From positions 89,987-153,986 of the forward strand of contig CAVYBF010000013.1 in the NCBI GenBank assembly GCA_963766625.1: a DNA stretch of 64,000 nucleotides, given 5' to 3'. The notes below the pieces were generated by a model. That model worked only from the letters and a program-made list of their open reading frames with translations, did no database searches and had not been told where the DNA came from. This document shows positions 1 to 9,288 of this stretch, one piece after another (position 1 is the stretch's first letter; each line of letters begins with the position of its first letter). The DNA is from an uncultured Acidobacteriaceae bacterium. GTDB lineage: Bacteria > Acidobacteriota > Terriglobia > Terriglobales > Acidobacteriaceae. The position numbers and the translations under genes were made by a program.

Positions 1-1839
1 GCCGCCCTGGATGGTCAGCGAGGCCAGACGAGGTAGCGGCTGCAGGTTGAAAACGAGTTTGGCTCGTTCGCCCTTGCGAATGCGGATTGTTTGCTGGGGA
101 GAATCCTGAAAGCCGCTCTTAGAGACTTGAACAACGTAGTCCTTGAGCTCGAGATCGGGTAGCCGCAACTGACCGGCCCGAGTGAGTTGTGGTTGGAGTT
201 GTCCGTCGAGAAAAACGCTTGCGTTATCTTGACCTGCAACGACAAGGAGCGCGCCCACGTTGTGACCGGAATCGATGTTGTGACCGGATTCAATGAACTT
301 GCTCGGCTGAGATGGTTCGGGAGTTGTTTGTGCGGGAACGGAAACTGGGGGAGCGGCGACGGCCGGAGCAGCAGTCGAGTTGGCGACCGCGGGGGCAGAG
401 ACGGTGGGAGCGGAGGCGGCAGGAGTAGTGACCACCGGAGTCGAGACTGTGGAAGCAGAAAGGCTGGGGGCAGAGACGGTGGGAGCAACTGCGGGCGTCT
501 TTGCGGCTGGCAGAGCGTGATGTTTTTGCGCGAAGAATACAATCGCTGCGATCAGAATGATCGCAGCGGCCGACACAACGATCAGCGTGGTGGAGTTCGA
601 CTTCGTGGGCTTTTTGGACTGGCGTGATGGAGATACGACTTTGCCCACAGGTCCGGAAGGCTCGGTAGCAGGAACGCTGCCAGCTAGCGCCTCGGGAAGT
701 AGCGATTCTGCCGGAGTGGTCGGGAGTTTGCCCGTGGGCACAATGCTGGGCGGAACTTTTTCGGATTGAGTTGGGCTCGCGAGGACGTTGATCGGCGGAG
801 TGTTTCCCTTTTGAATCGGGCTGGGCGCAATCTCGTTCGGCAAAAGCGGGCTGGCAGCGGCTTGGTGATTCCCACCCAAGCCAAAAGAGGGCTTGGATGG
901 GGCACCCGATTTTGAAGACTCCGGAGCGCCGGGAAGCGCGGCGTGATCAATGACGTTCGCGTCTTCGCTCTCCCGCAGCGCGGTTAAACTGTTCTGAGGG
1001 ACTTCGACCAATCCCAGGCGGTGCAGAAGGCCATTGGCGACGGACAAGAATTCTCCATCCGTCGAATACCTGGCGGTCACCGCTTGTATGCGCCCGGCTA
1101 ATGCGCTTTTTGAAGCAACGTCCGCGATGGCGTCGACTTCACTCTCCATGCGCCGCAGGTCTTCCAAATCGCGCCGGCGAGCCTGGCGGCGCTGAGCATC
1201 GTGGTCACGCCGGATTGCATCCTGAATCTGAAGCAACCTGGGGTTGTGAGGATAAACGGTGAATCCCTCTGCGATCTGGGACAAGGCGGCGGATAAATTG
1301 CCGGAGGACTGAAGCTTGCGGGTTTGCGAAACCCATTCCTCGACAGAGCCTGCAGTTTTCTGGTCGAGGATACGGCTGTGGATGGCCTTGGCGGTGGGAT
1401 GGGCAGGGTTCAAGGCGAGCGCCTCGTTAGCCAGCGTTTCGGCCTCCCACCAATTGGTTTCTACAATGGAATACGCGTGCTCGACCAGGGCATTGGCCAG
1501 AATGGAGCGGGCGAGAGAATTGTTTTTGTCCAGTTCGTAGGCTTCGCGCAACAACTGAATCGCCTTGGCGAACTTCTGCTGTGCGAACTGTTCCTGGCTT
1601 TCAGTGATAAGACGATCGGCTTCGGCTTTGCGCCGGGCGCGATCCTGCGCGAGCTTTTCCAGTTCAGACAGCTCCGGATCTTCGGGAAATTCGGCAGCTG
1701 TGCCGCGCAACAAATCCAAGGCACGGGGGTAGTCGCTCGAGTGCAGATAAATGTTGATTTGCTCAACGAGCCGCTTTTTGGATTCGGCGCGAGTTTGCTG
1801 GTCGAGTCTTTTCTCCAAGCGCTCTGCCTCGAAGGTCAA
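1..1839 (-). CDS. TPR-like / single-pass membrane / PEGA-domain protein (3' end leaves the window; start uncertain)
   Basis: My own translation of the minus strand is open from the in-frame stop at 1885-1887 to the window edge. It is absent from the ORF track because no stop lies in the window. It reads ...LEKRLDQQ..AIQLLREAYELDKNNSLARS.. (TPR-like helices), then a Pro/Ala/Ser/Thr-rich linker, then a TM helix TLIVVSAAAIILIAAIVFFA at about 540-600. The C-terminal part is PEGA-like (ASVFLDGQLQ..LELKDYVVQVSKSGF). The first possible start is TTG at 1839, and there is no in-frame ATG until about 1150. Confidence 0.55.
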   Translation of the reverse strand, partial: MTFEAERLEKRLDQQTRAESKKRLVEQINIYLHSSDYPRALDLLRGTAAEFPEDPELSELEKLAQDRARRKAEADRLITESQEQFAQQKFAKAIQLLREAYELDKNNSLARSILANALVEHAYSIVETNWWEAETLANEALALNPAHPTAKAIHSRILDQKTAGSVEEWVSQTRKLQSSGNLSAALSQIAEGFTVYPHNPRLLQIQDAIRRDHDAQRRQARRRDLEDLRRMESEVDAIADVASKSALAGRIQAVTARYSTDGEFLSVANGLLHRLGLVEVPQNSLTALRESEDANVIDHAALPGAPESSKSGAPSKPSFGLGGNHQAAASPLLPNEIAPSPIQKGNTPPINVLASPTQSEKVPPSIVPTGKLPTTPAESLLPEALAGSVPATEPSGPVGKVVSPSRQSKKPTKSNSTTLIVVSAAAIILIAAIVFFAQKHHALPAAKTPAVAPTVSAPSLSASTVSTPVVTTPAASAPTVSAPAVANSTAAPAVAAPPVSVPAQTTPEPSQPSKFIESGHNIDSGHNVGALLVVAGQDNASVFLDGQLQPQLTRAGQLRLPDLELKDYVVQVSKSGFQDSPQQTIRIRKGERAKLVFNLQPLPRLASLTIQGG

Positions 1840-1953
1840 GCCTTGGATATCGATTGTAGATGGTGCGGCGGATTTCCCAGTCGTTCAGCGCATTTACGAT
1901 TCTTGTTCTCCATAGAGGTCACTCATTTGGATAGAATGATCGACTGCCATGAA

Positions 1954-3228
1954 TCAGGGCTGAACGCCCGCATAGACAGGAATCGCGCCACGCGGCGAAC
2001 TCTTGTAAACCACTCCCCCTTTCATCACGAACACCACTCGCCGGACAGCAGTAATGTCTTGCAGCGGATCACCATCGAGCGCAATGATATCCGCCTGCAT
2101 GCCGGGTGCGATCGAGCCAATCTGATCGCCCAATGCCATCGCTTCGGCTCCCAGCGAGTTCGCCGAGATCATTGCCGTCATCGGGTCCACGCCGCAATCG
2201 CGGACGCGATCGATGAACTCTTCGGCATTGCGCCCGTGCGCGCCAGCGACTGCATCGGTCCCGAAAACCACTTTCAACCCCGGGGTTTTAGCCGCGTGCT
2301 GGACGATTTCGTGATCAAGGGGGATGATCTTCTCCATAGCCGCGAATCCCTCTTCGGTATAACCTGAGGTGCCGAGATATTTGTCTTTATTCAGCATGTA
2401 GTTCTCGAGCACGAGCCCGCACTGCGGATCGAAATACGTCCCTTTCTCCGCCATCAGTTTGAGATCATCGTCGCCCGCCAAGGTTCCATGCTCGATTTCT
2501 GTGCACCCCGCCAGAGTCGCCGCGCGGACTGCGTCTTTGTAGGCGTGCACCAGTGTGCGCAGTCCTAACTTCTTCGCTTCGTCGCAAGCCGCATCTAATT
2601 GTTCCTGCGAAAGAGTCATGCCTCCGCCGAGACGAATCGACTTCGAGGCAAAAATCTTGATCAGGTCCGCCCCAGCAGCTTTTTGCTTGCGAATGAAGGC
2701 ACGAATTTCGTCGGGGGTTCCCGTGGCCTGGCCTTTGCCTTCGAGTGGCTCAACCGCTGTGAGAATGCGCGGCCCCGGCAGGATTCCATTGGCGATGGCA
2801 TCGCGCAACGGAACATCATTTGGCGCCCCGACGCTTTGCACCGTAGTGAAACCGGCCATCAGCGTGAGCCAGGCGTTCGAAGCGGCCTTATAGGCATCGC
2901 CCTGCGATGTGCCATCGGTTCCCGCATTCTTGCCATCTTTACCAAAGATCCACGTGATGTGCACGTGCGCGTCGATCCAGCCAGGCAGAAGCGTAAGCCC
3001 GCGCAGATCGTAATCGAAGGGCGCCTGGCTGTTGGGAGTTATGGAAGCAATCCTCGATCCCTCGACCGCTATGCGGACGTCATGCAAAGTGCCGCCTCTG
3101 CCATCGAGTACGGTGCTGGCGGCGATAACAATCCGCCGGCTGGCTGCCGCAGTCTGCGCGGAGAGCGTTGGCTCGGGCGCACAGATAACAAGAACAATGA
3201 CGACGCTCGCTATCATGTTCAATCGCAT
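1954..3228 (-). CDS. secreted metal-dependent amidohydrolase (amidohydrolase superfamily)
   Basis: The ORF is 1954..3273. It carries the motifs GWIDAHVHITW (HxH metal site), VHAYKD, IEHGT and FGTDA. I prefer the ATG at 3228 (MRLNMIASVVIVLVICA.., a signal peptide), which is preceded by AAGGAG. Confidence 0.85.
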   Translation of the reverse strand: MRLNMIASVVIVLVICAPEPTLSAQTAAASRRIVIAASTVLDGRGGTLHDVRIAVEGSRIASITPNSQAPFDYDLRGLTLLPGWIDAHVHITWIFGKDGKNAGTDGTSQGDAYKAASNAWLTLMAGFTTVQSVGAPNDVPLRDAIANGILPGPRILTAVEPLEGKGQATGTPDEIRAFIRKQKAAGADLIKIFASKSIRLGGGMTLSQEQLDAACDEAKKLGLRTLVHAYKDAVRAATLAGCTEIEHGTLAGDDDLKLMAEKGTYFDPQCGLVLENYMLNKDKYLGTSGYTEEGFAAMEKIIPLDHEIVQHAAKTPGLKVVFGTDAVAGAHGRNAEEFIDRVRDCGVDPMTAMISANSLGAEAMALGDQIGSIAPGMQADIIALDGDPLQDITAVRRVVFVMKGGVVYKSSPRGAIPVYAGVQP

Positions 3229-3311
3229 CTCTTTTCGCTCCTTTTCGCCCGCTCCCTTTTTCAGTCGATCCATGCTCTAACCAACGTCCTTGGCGGGACC
3301 CCTCACCCGAT

Positions 3312-3563
3312 CTACTTGTGAGGTTTCCCCACGCGGGCCGCAGTCGCAAACATTTTGGCCACCGTATCCAAATCCTTCGGCTGCACCTTTCCTGGCGGAA
3401 TGCGCATATGAGTGAGATCTTCGAGGGTCAGCAGCAAATCCCCGAGCGCCATTGAGTCGACCAGACCCGAAGAGACCAGTGGAGTGTTCTCGTCGATGAC
3501 CAGACTCGGTTTTCGGATTCGCCGAAGAATGTATTCAATCATCTGCTTCTCTTCTGCCGTCAC
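3312..3563 (-). CDS. acyl/peptidyl carrier protein (phosphopantetheine attachment site)
   Basis: It is 83 aa and has GLVDSMALGDLLL, a DSx serine motif typical of ACP/PCP/DltC-type carriers. It lies 25 nt downstream of the AMP-ligase gene. Confidence 0.75.
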   Translation of the reverse strand: MTAEEKQMIEYILRRIRKPSLVIDENTPLVSSGLVDSMALGDLLLTLEDLTHMRIPPGKVQPKDLDTVAKMFATAARVGKPHK

Positions 3564-3587
3564 GCCGATCCGCTCTCCTTTTTGAAT

Positions 3588-4766
3588 TTAAGATTCGAAG
3601 CTGAATTCGGGATGCTCTTTCTGTAATTTTTCGAGCGTCGCGGAACGCGCCGCTTTCCCGGCAGTGCTCTTCACGATCCACTTTGGCGGTTTTAAGAAGA
3701 TCATCGCTGGCGCCACTCCCACGCCTGCTACGATCTGTGCGCGAATCTCGCGCTCGATCTCGGCCGCGTTGCCGAGAAGAGCTTCACTCTCCATTTCAGC
3801 CACGACGAGAATCTCTTCGGTTCCGAGATCGGGATTGTACACCCCTATGGCAATCGCCCGGCCGTCATGAATGGCGGCATGGCTCGCGGCAATCTCCTCA
3901 ATATCCTGTGGGTAAATATTTTCGCCTCCTACAATAATGAGGTCCTTCTTGCGGCCGACCACATACACATCCCCATCCGTAATAAACCCGAGATCAGCGG
4001 TGCGGTACCAACCATCCGCGATGGCTTTAGCGGTAAGGTCGGGACGATTGTAGTAGCCCTCAAACAGGCAGTCGCTTTTGACGAGAATTTCGCCGACATG
4101 GCTGTCCGCGAGAACAGCACCGGAATCCGAGACAATACGAATCTCGTGATTGGGTAACAAACGACCTGACGATGTGAATGAGACGGAGCCCGGAACCGAC
4201 TCCGCAACTGGGATGATGCGATGCGAACTGCGAAATTGCCCGCCATCCGCGCAAATGCGTGGGGGACCACAAGGTCGGTTAATATCCGACTGAGTCACCG
4301 CGAAAACGTTCTCCGCCATTGCATAGGAGCTTTGTAGCGCGCCGGCTCTCAATCCATTGGGCGCGAACGCACTCTGAAACTCTTGCATGCTGCTGGAGCG
4401 GACTGGTTCGGAGCAATTGATAAGTGCGCGCACTGAGGCAAGATCATACTGCGCCCGCCGATTTGGCCGGGTGCGGCGGGGAACGAACTGAAAAGCGAAG
4501 TTTGGCAGCCACGCCAGGGTGCACTTGTGCTCGGTGATAACCTGCAACATAGTTTCAGGCTGCATCACCCAGTCGATCGGCGATTGCATCACAACCGGAA
4601 CGTGACAAGCCAAGGGCAGCATGAAGCAGGCGATCAGTCCCATGTCGTGGTATAGAGGGAGCCAGCTGTAAATCAGGTCCGTCGCGCCGTCAATCTCAAG
4701 TGCTTGCGCAAGATGCTGCAATTGACGCAAAACGGCGGCGTGAGTCAGGGCCACACCCTTCTGCAA
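3588..4766 (-). pseudogene. acyl/aminoacyl-AMP ligase (ANL superfamily), C-terminal fragment of a frameshifted gene
   Basis: The track ORF begins at an internal TTG. The same frame stays open upstream and reads ..DQIAFIQHSAGTTGLQKGVALTH (the ANL A3 core). Further motifs are YGxxE-like MAENVF, GWYRTADLG and GRKKDLIIVGGENIYP. Confidence 0.8.
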
Positions 4767-5383
4767 TCCAGTTGTGCCAGCCGAATGCTGAATGAAAGCA
4801 ATCTGATCGGCTTGACCTCTGGAATCCCGATTAGGATCTTGGCTCCGAATCGGGGGACTTCTTCTCGTCCCTCGTCGGACGCACTGCCATCGCCGGCACG
4901 AAGCAGTTTGATCTTTTCGTTTAGAGACACGTGGCCGAGCAGATCGTCAGGAAATTTATTGTCGATGACCACTAACTTAGGGTTGAGGTTTGCTGTGACT
5001 CCCGCCAGTCCGGACCGGTATTTGGAAGGGTCAACCTTGTCATTGGGGTAGGCGAGGAGAGCGGGCGCTGCGCCCAGCATCATTGCTCCGGCGAAAACTG
5101 TCATCGCGGCAATGCCCTGCGGCATGATGACGATCACTCGATCGTCAACCTTCACGCCTTGGGCCTTGAGCACTCCGCTTTGCAAACGAGCACGACGGCG
5201 GAACTCAGAAAACGTGACCGTCTCTTGTTCATCCTCATCGATCCAGAAGGTAACGAAGGGACGGTCGTCAGGAGCTGCATCCAGAGCATCGATGAGATTG
5301 CGATAGTAGAGCACTCGCCATTGTATTATTGTTCGCTGGTTGAAGGGCCGGGCCGCGTTGCCGGATGGTTTGTTCGCCCTCAA
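4745..5383 (-). pseudogene. acyl/aminoacyl-AMP ligase, N-terminal fragment of the same frameshifted gene
   Basis: This 212-aa ORF (..FVTFWIDEDEQETVTFSEFRRRARLQSGVLKAQGVKVDDRVIVIMPQG..) is a typical ANL N-terminus. It ends out of frame immediately before the A3 motif. The frames can be joined by adding 1 nt in the G5 run at 4852-4856. Confidence 0.8.
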
Positions 5384-5398
5384 TCGCGCGTGGGAGGA

Positions 5399-6886
5399 AT
5401 GTTGTTTCGCCTCATCCTGTACCCTCTGGCGTTAGTGCTGTGCTTATTGATCTTCGCGAAAATTCGCTCGCGACAGGTACGGCAATCAGTTCTTCTGATA
5501 GTCAGCTACGCGCTCTACATCAGCTGGGGTGTTTGGTTTGCGGCGGTGCTTCTCACTTCGACGGGAATGAACTACCTGGTGGGAAGATGGCTGCGGCGGA
5601 AGCAATCCGGGGTTATTCTTTCAGTCGGAATTTTCCTGAACCTGGCGTTGCTCTGCACTTTTAAGTATCTTCCTGAAGCCGCATTTCAGATTCCCCTGTC
5701 GTCGTTGCAAAAATTCTCGCAGCTGGCGCTGCCGCTTGGAATTTCGTTTTGGACATTCCAGGCGATGAGCTATTTATTCGACGCTTACCAGGGCACGGAG
5801 GTCGATCCATCGTTTTTTGAATTCGCGCTCTATATGGCTTTCTTTCCGGTCACTATCGCCGGACCGGTCTGCCGGCTGCCCGAAATGCTTCCGCAATTTC
5901 GTTCCGAGAGCGGGCTGCGCTGGGCCGATATTGGACGCGGGTTGCAGCGCATCGCGACCGGGGCGTTGATGATGCAAATGGCGAAACTTCTGGGACAGGG
6001 GATTCTAACTGGCGATGGAATTGTCGCTGGTTTCGATAATCTTACGCGGTGGAGCGGCGCGGACGTCTGGTGCCTGGCATTTGGGTACGGCTTACAGCTT
6101 TTTTTTGACTTCGCCGGTTACTCGCATATCGCCATTGGTGCCGCCCAAGTATTGGGGTTCACTTTGCCGGAGAATTTCGCGCGGCCATTTCAATCGACCA
6201 GCGCCTCGATGTTCTGGACGCGCTGGCATATGTCGTTATCCTTCTGGATTCGCGACTACGTTTTCTTTCCATTGATGCAGTTGCGCCGGGAGATGTGGTG
6301 GCGAAATTTGGCTCTGGTGATTTCGATGATCTTGTTCGGACTGTGGCACAAAGCCACTCTGCTGTTTCTCCTGTGGGGCTGCTATCACGGAGTGCTTCTT
6401 GTCTTACATCGTCAGATTGACGGACTGGAGCGCAGGTACGACTGGACGCCACCGGAAGGCCTATGGACCGCGCTCTCGTGGATAGCCACGATCAGCCTCA
6501 TAAGTTTGGGATGGATATTTTTTCGCGCCAATTCCCTGCCCCAGGCCGGCCACATGCTCTCGGCAGTCGTATCGCCGGCAAGCTATAGTTCGCACGTCCT
6601 GGGTGGCAGCCTCTACTTCCTCGTTCTGACGCTGGCCGCAGGATACGCGATCGCCTTATTCCTCATCGAGAAACTGAATCATTATTCGGTGCAAGTTGAA
6701 ACCTCCAGCGACGATGCAGGTGAAGCGCCACGAGGTCAAGTGGCCCAGTCGGGATTGCTTGTGGTGCTAGCTCGCTGGCGCTGGTTCTGGATCCCCTCTC
6801 TGTATGTAGTTGCAATGCTTTTCTTATTGACCGTTACATTGACCCAGGGTGCCAGCACGGCTCAGTTTATGTACCGCAGATTCTAG
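5399..6886 (+). CDS. MBOAT-family membrane O-acyltransferase (DltB/AlgI/PatA-like)
   Basis: It is polytopic and has FWTRWHMSLSFWIRDYVFFPL and the conserved His region LFGLWHKAT..GCYHG. The ATG at 5399 is preceded by GGGAGGA. The upstream part of the track ORF (5159-5398) overlaps the divergent ligase gene. Confidence 0.85.
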   Translation: MLFRLILYPLALVLCLLIFAKIRSRQVRQSVLLIVSYALYISWGVWFAAVLLTSTGMNYLVGRWLRRKQSGVILSVGIFLNLALLCTFKYLPEAAFQIPLSSLQKFSQLALPLGISFWTFQAMSYLFDAYQGTEVDPSFFEFALYMAFFPVTIAGPVCRLPEMLPQFRSESGLRWADIGRGLQRIATGALMMQMAKLLGQGILTGDGIVAGFDNLTRWSGADVWCLAFGYGLQLFFDFAGYSHIAIGAAQVLGFTLPENFARPFQSTSASMFWTRWHMSLSFWIRDYVFFPLMQLRREMWWRNLALVISMILFGLWHKATLLFLLWGCYHGVLLVLHRQIDGLERRYDWTPPEGLWTALSWIATISLISLGWIFFRANSLPQAGHMLSAVVSPASYSSHVLGGSLYFLVLTLAAGYAIALFLIEKLNHYSVQVETSSDDAGEAPRGQVAQSGLLVVLARWRWFWIPSLYVVAMLFLLTVTLTQGASTAQFMYRRF

Positions 6887-7019
6887 GTACTGCTGGCAAA
6901 GGGTGGTCTGACGTGCAACTGTGATGTCGATCACAAGATGCCGTGATAGTTGCCACTGTTCCCGCGGCAAGGGTCGTCAACACTGGATCAGCAGCTAGAT
7001 TGCATAACTGAGAACAGGG

Positions 7020-8723
7020 GTGACTGTGCCTGCAGGCGCGCAAATCACGGAGGGAGTACTGTCAATTCGCAGCCCCCACTGGCGGCGCTGGTTGTCCATG
7101 GCGGCGACTGCCATCCTGGCTCCGGTGTTACTGATCGTGGCCACCGAGGGGTTGCTCCGCGCTGGCGGAGTAGGCACCCCAACGGGAGTCATGCGTCCCT
7201 GCACCGACCAGGGGCACGCGGCTTATTGCGATAATCAATCTTTTGCCGCGCCTTTTTTCCCGCCGGACACTTTTCGGGAGCCGCGTCCATATGTAATTCC
7301 GGCAAGAAAAGCGCCGGGGACCTACAGGATTTTCGTACTCGGCGAGTCGGTCGCCTGGGGCGATCCCGACCCTAGCTACGGATTTGCCCGCTACCTCGAA
7401 GTCATGCTCCGCGAACGCTTCCCTGAAGTGAAGTTCGAAGTTGTCAACGCCAGCATCACGGCAATCAACTCGCATGTGTTGCTGCCCATGGTCAAGGATA
7501 TGGTGCAATACCAGCCGGATCTTTTCATTATTTATACCGGCAACACGGAAGTGGTCGGCCCATTCGGGCCGGGAACCGTGCTCACGCCGCTGGACCTGAG
7601 CCTGCCAGCCATTCATGCCAGAATTGCATTTAATTCCACCCGAATCGGCCAGCTTGTCGCGAAGGCCGCCGGCGGCAGCCAGAAAAACGCGTCCCAATGG
7701 CGCGGCATGGAAATGTTTCTCGATAAGCAACTGCGTGCGGATTCTCCGCAGATGCAGCCGGTGTATCAGAATTTCGCCGCCAACTTGCGCGATATCGCCG
7801 CCGTAGTCCATCGTTCCGGGGCTCATTTGCTGATCAGTACCGTAGCCACGAACCTGAAGGACTGTGCTCCGTTCGCTTCCCTGCATCGCGAAGAGATTCG
7901 AGCGGACGAATTGAATTCCTGGCAAAGTTTAGTCCAGCGCGGGGCAGCTCTCGAGAGCGCGGGATCTTACGCTGACGCGCTGAAACTGTATCTTTCGGCG
8001 GCAGAGATCGATCCGCAGTACGCCGAGCTTCAGTTTCGCATCGCTGGTTGCTTGTGGGCCTTGGGTGATTTTGCGGGGGCCAAAGAGCGCTTCGTGCGCG
8101 CCAGGGATCTCGATACCCTCCGCTTCCGCGCCGACAGCAAGCTGAATGAAGTGATTCGTACGGCCGTGGGATCCGGCGACGGCGTGGGTTTGGTCGACGC
8201 ATCCGCTATATTTGCCAGCGAAAGTGCGCATGGGATCCCTGGCGGCGAATTGTTCTACGAACACGTGCATATGAATCCGCGTGGAACCTACGTACTTGCG
8301 CGTTCCTTCTTCCACCAAGTCGTCAACCTGATGCCGTCCGAATTAACGCGAGGTACAACGCGCGAAGACGTCATCTCGGAAGAAGAGTGCGAGCGTCTGC
8401 TCGCCTTCACGGCCTATGACCGCGTGCGGGTCGCTCGCCTGGTTCTCAGTAAGCTGGAACGGCCGCCGTTCACCAACCAACTCAACCACGCGGAGGAGCT
8501 ACAGCGGCTGCAGGTTCAGGCCGAAGCATCAAATTTGAATTATGCGGAAATAGTCGCCGACTATCAGTGGGCCATCCAGCAAAGCCCGCAGGACCGGCTG
8601 TTACATCTCAATTACGGCTTTCTTCTGCATCGCTATGACCCTGCCGCCGCAGACCAGGAATTGCGGGCAGCGTTGCCCTACGATAATGCTCCCGTCCTGT
8701 GCAACTGGCGCAAATTCGATTGA
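7020..8723 (+). CDS. membrane-anchored SGNH/GDSL-like hydrolase fused to TPR repeats (DltD/AlgJ-analogue candidate)
   Basis: It has an N-terminal anchor (AATAILAPVLLIVA), SGNH block I (YRIFVLGESVAWG) and a block V-like motif (LFYEHVHMNPRG). The TPR-like region reads YADALKLYLSAAEIDPQYAELQFRIAGCLWALGDFAGAKERF. It lies directly downstream of the MBOAT gene. Confidence 0.65.
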   Translation: MTVPAGAQITEGVLSIRSPHWRRWLSMAATAILAPVLLIVATEGLLRAGGVGTPTGVMRPCTDQGHAAYCDNQSFAAPFFPPDTFREPRPYVIPARKAPGTYRIFVLGESVAWGDPDPSYGFARYLEVMLRERFPEVKFEVVNASITAINSHVLLPMVKDMVQYQPDLFIIYTGNTEVVGPFGPGTVLTPLDLSLPAIHARIAFNSTRIGQLVAKAAGGSQKNASQWRGMEMFLDKQLRADSPQMQPVYQNFAANLRDIAAVVHRSGAHLLISTVATNLKDCAPFASLHREEIRADELNSWQSLVQRGAALESAGSYADALKLYLSAAEIDPQYAELQFRIAGCLWALGDFAGAKERFVRARDLDTLRFRADSKLNEVIRTAVGSGDGVGLVDASAIFASESAHGIPGGELFYEHVHMNPRGTYVLARSFFHQVVNLMPSELTRGTTREDVISEEECERLLAFTAYDRVRVARLVLSKLERPPFTNQLNHAEELQRLQVQAEASNLNYAEIVADYQWAIQQSPQDRLLHLNYGFLLHRYDPAAADQELRAALPYDNAPVLCNWRKFD

Positions 8724-8839
8724 GAGCACAATCGGTTCCGCCGCTTAGTGTGATCGCCGTCACATTAGCGAGTGACGTGGAATGCTGCCCGCCTTTTTCC
8801 TGTGCGATTAAGGTGAATTAATAATGAGGTGGGGGTTCT

Positions 8840-9286
8840 ATGAATTACGACAACCTTCAGCGGGGAAAGTGGGCGCTGGTAATGGCTGCACTGTTTGCGC
8901 TGAGCGTCCAGGTTACGTTAGCCAGCGACACTCTTATGATTTCCGGCTCTTATCAGGTCCTGAAAAGCAGGAATATCGGTTCCCAGTCACTGCTACAACT
9001 GCAGATCCATTTGGTGAACCGCGGAACCTCCGACTTCTCGATTCAGCGAATGACGCTCTGGGACTTCTCTCACGCTGATAAAGGTGGAACGAGAGCCTGC
9101 GCGGTCGCGCTTCGCGCCCACGCCTCGGCAGACACGACTCAGGAATTCACCATTCGGCGCTCGGACTATCAGTTGTGGCAAAAGGGATTCCGGCCTCGGC
9201 TGGTCCTGCAGATCGCAGGTCGGGGCCGCGCAAAGGGCAAAGCAGTGGTGCGACTTGACCGGATTTCCGGCCCGGAGGCAAAGTAA
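8840..9286 (+). CDS. hypothetical secreted protein
   Basis: It is 148 aa with a signal peptide (KWALVMAALFALSVQVTLA). A good RBS (GAGGTGGGGG) precedes it, and its stop is 2 nt before the NHL gene start. Confidence 0.55.
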   Translation: MNYDNLQRGKWALVMAALFALSVQVTLASDTLMISGSYQVLKSRNIGSQSLLQLQIHLVNRGTSDFSIQRMTLWDFSHADKGGTRACAVALRAHASADTTQEFTIRRSDYQLWQKGFRPRLVLQIAGRGRAKGKAVVRLDRISGPEAK

Positions 9287-9288
9287 TC

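Noticed and set aside
15-769. Pro/Arg/Gly/Ser-rich ORFs on both strands (15..542 -, 187..627 +, 557..769 +)
   Set aside because: They are out-of-frame or antisense readings of the low-complexity P/A/S/T linker and TM region of the real minus-strand TPR-TM-PEGA gene. Their composition is implausible for real proteins.
1324-2367. 347-aa plus-strand ORF
   Set aside because: It is antisense to the amidohydrolase 3' end and to the upstream TPR gene. I recognised no motifs, and both opposite-strand genes have clear signatures.
5159-5398. N-terminal 80-aa extension of the MBOAT ORF
   Set aside because: It overlaps the divergent ligase coding region and looks non-membrane and random. The ATG at 5399 has a strong GGGAGGA RBS and starts directly with a TM helix.
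7128-8318. Minus-strand ORFs of 265, 122 and 129 aa inside the SGNH/TPR gene
   Set aside because: They are Arg-rich shadow ORFs typical of the antisense strand of GC-rich genes, and they carry no motifs.
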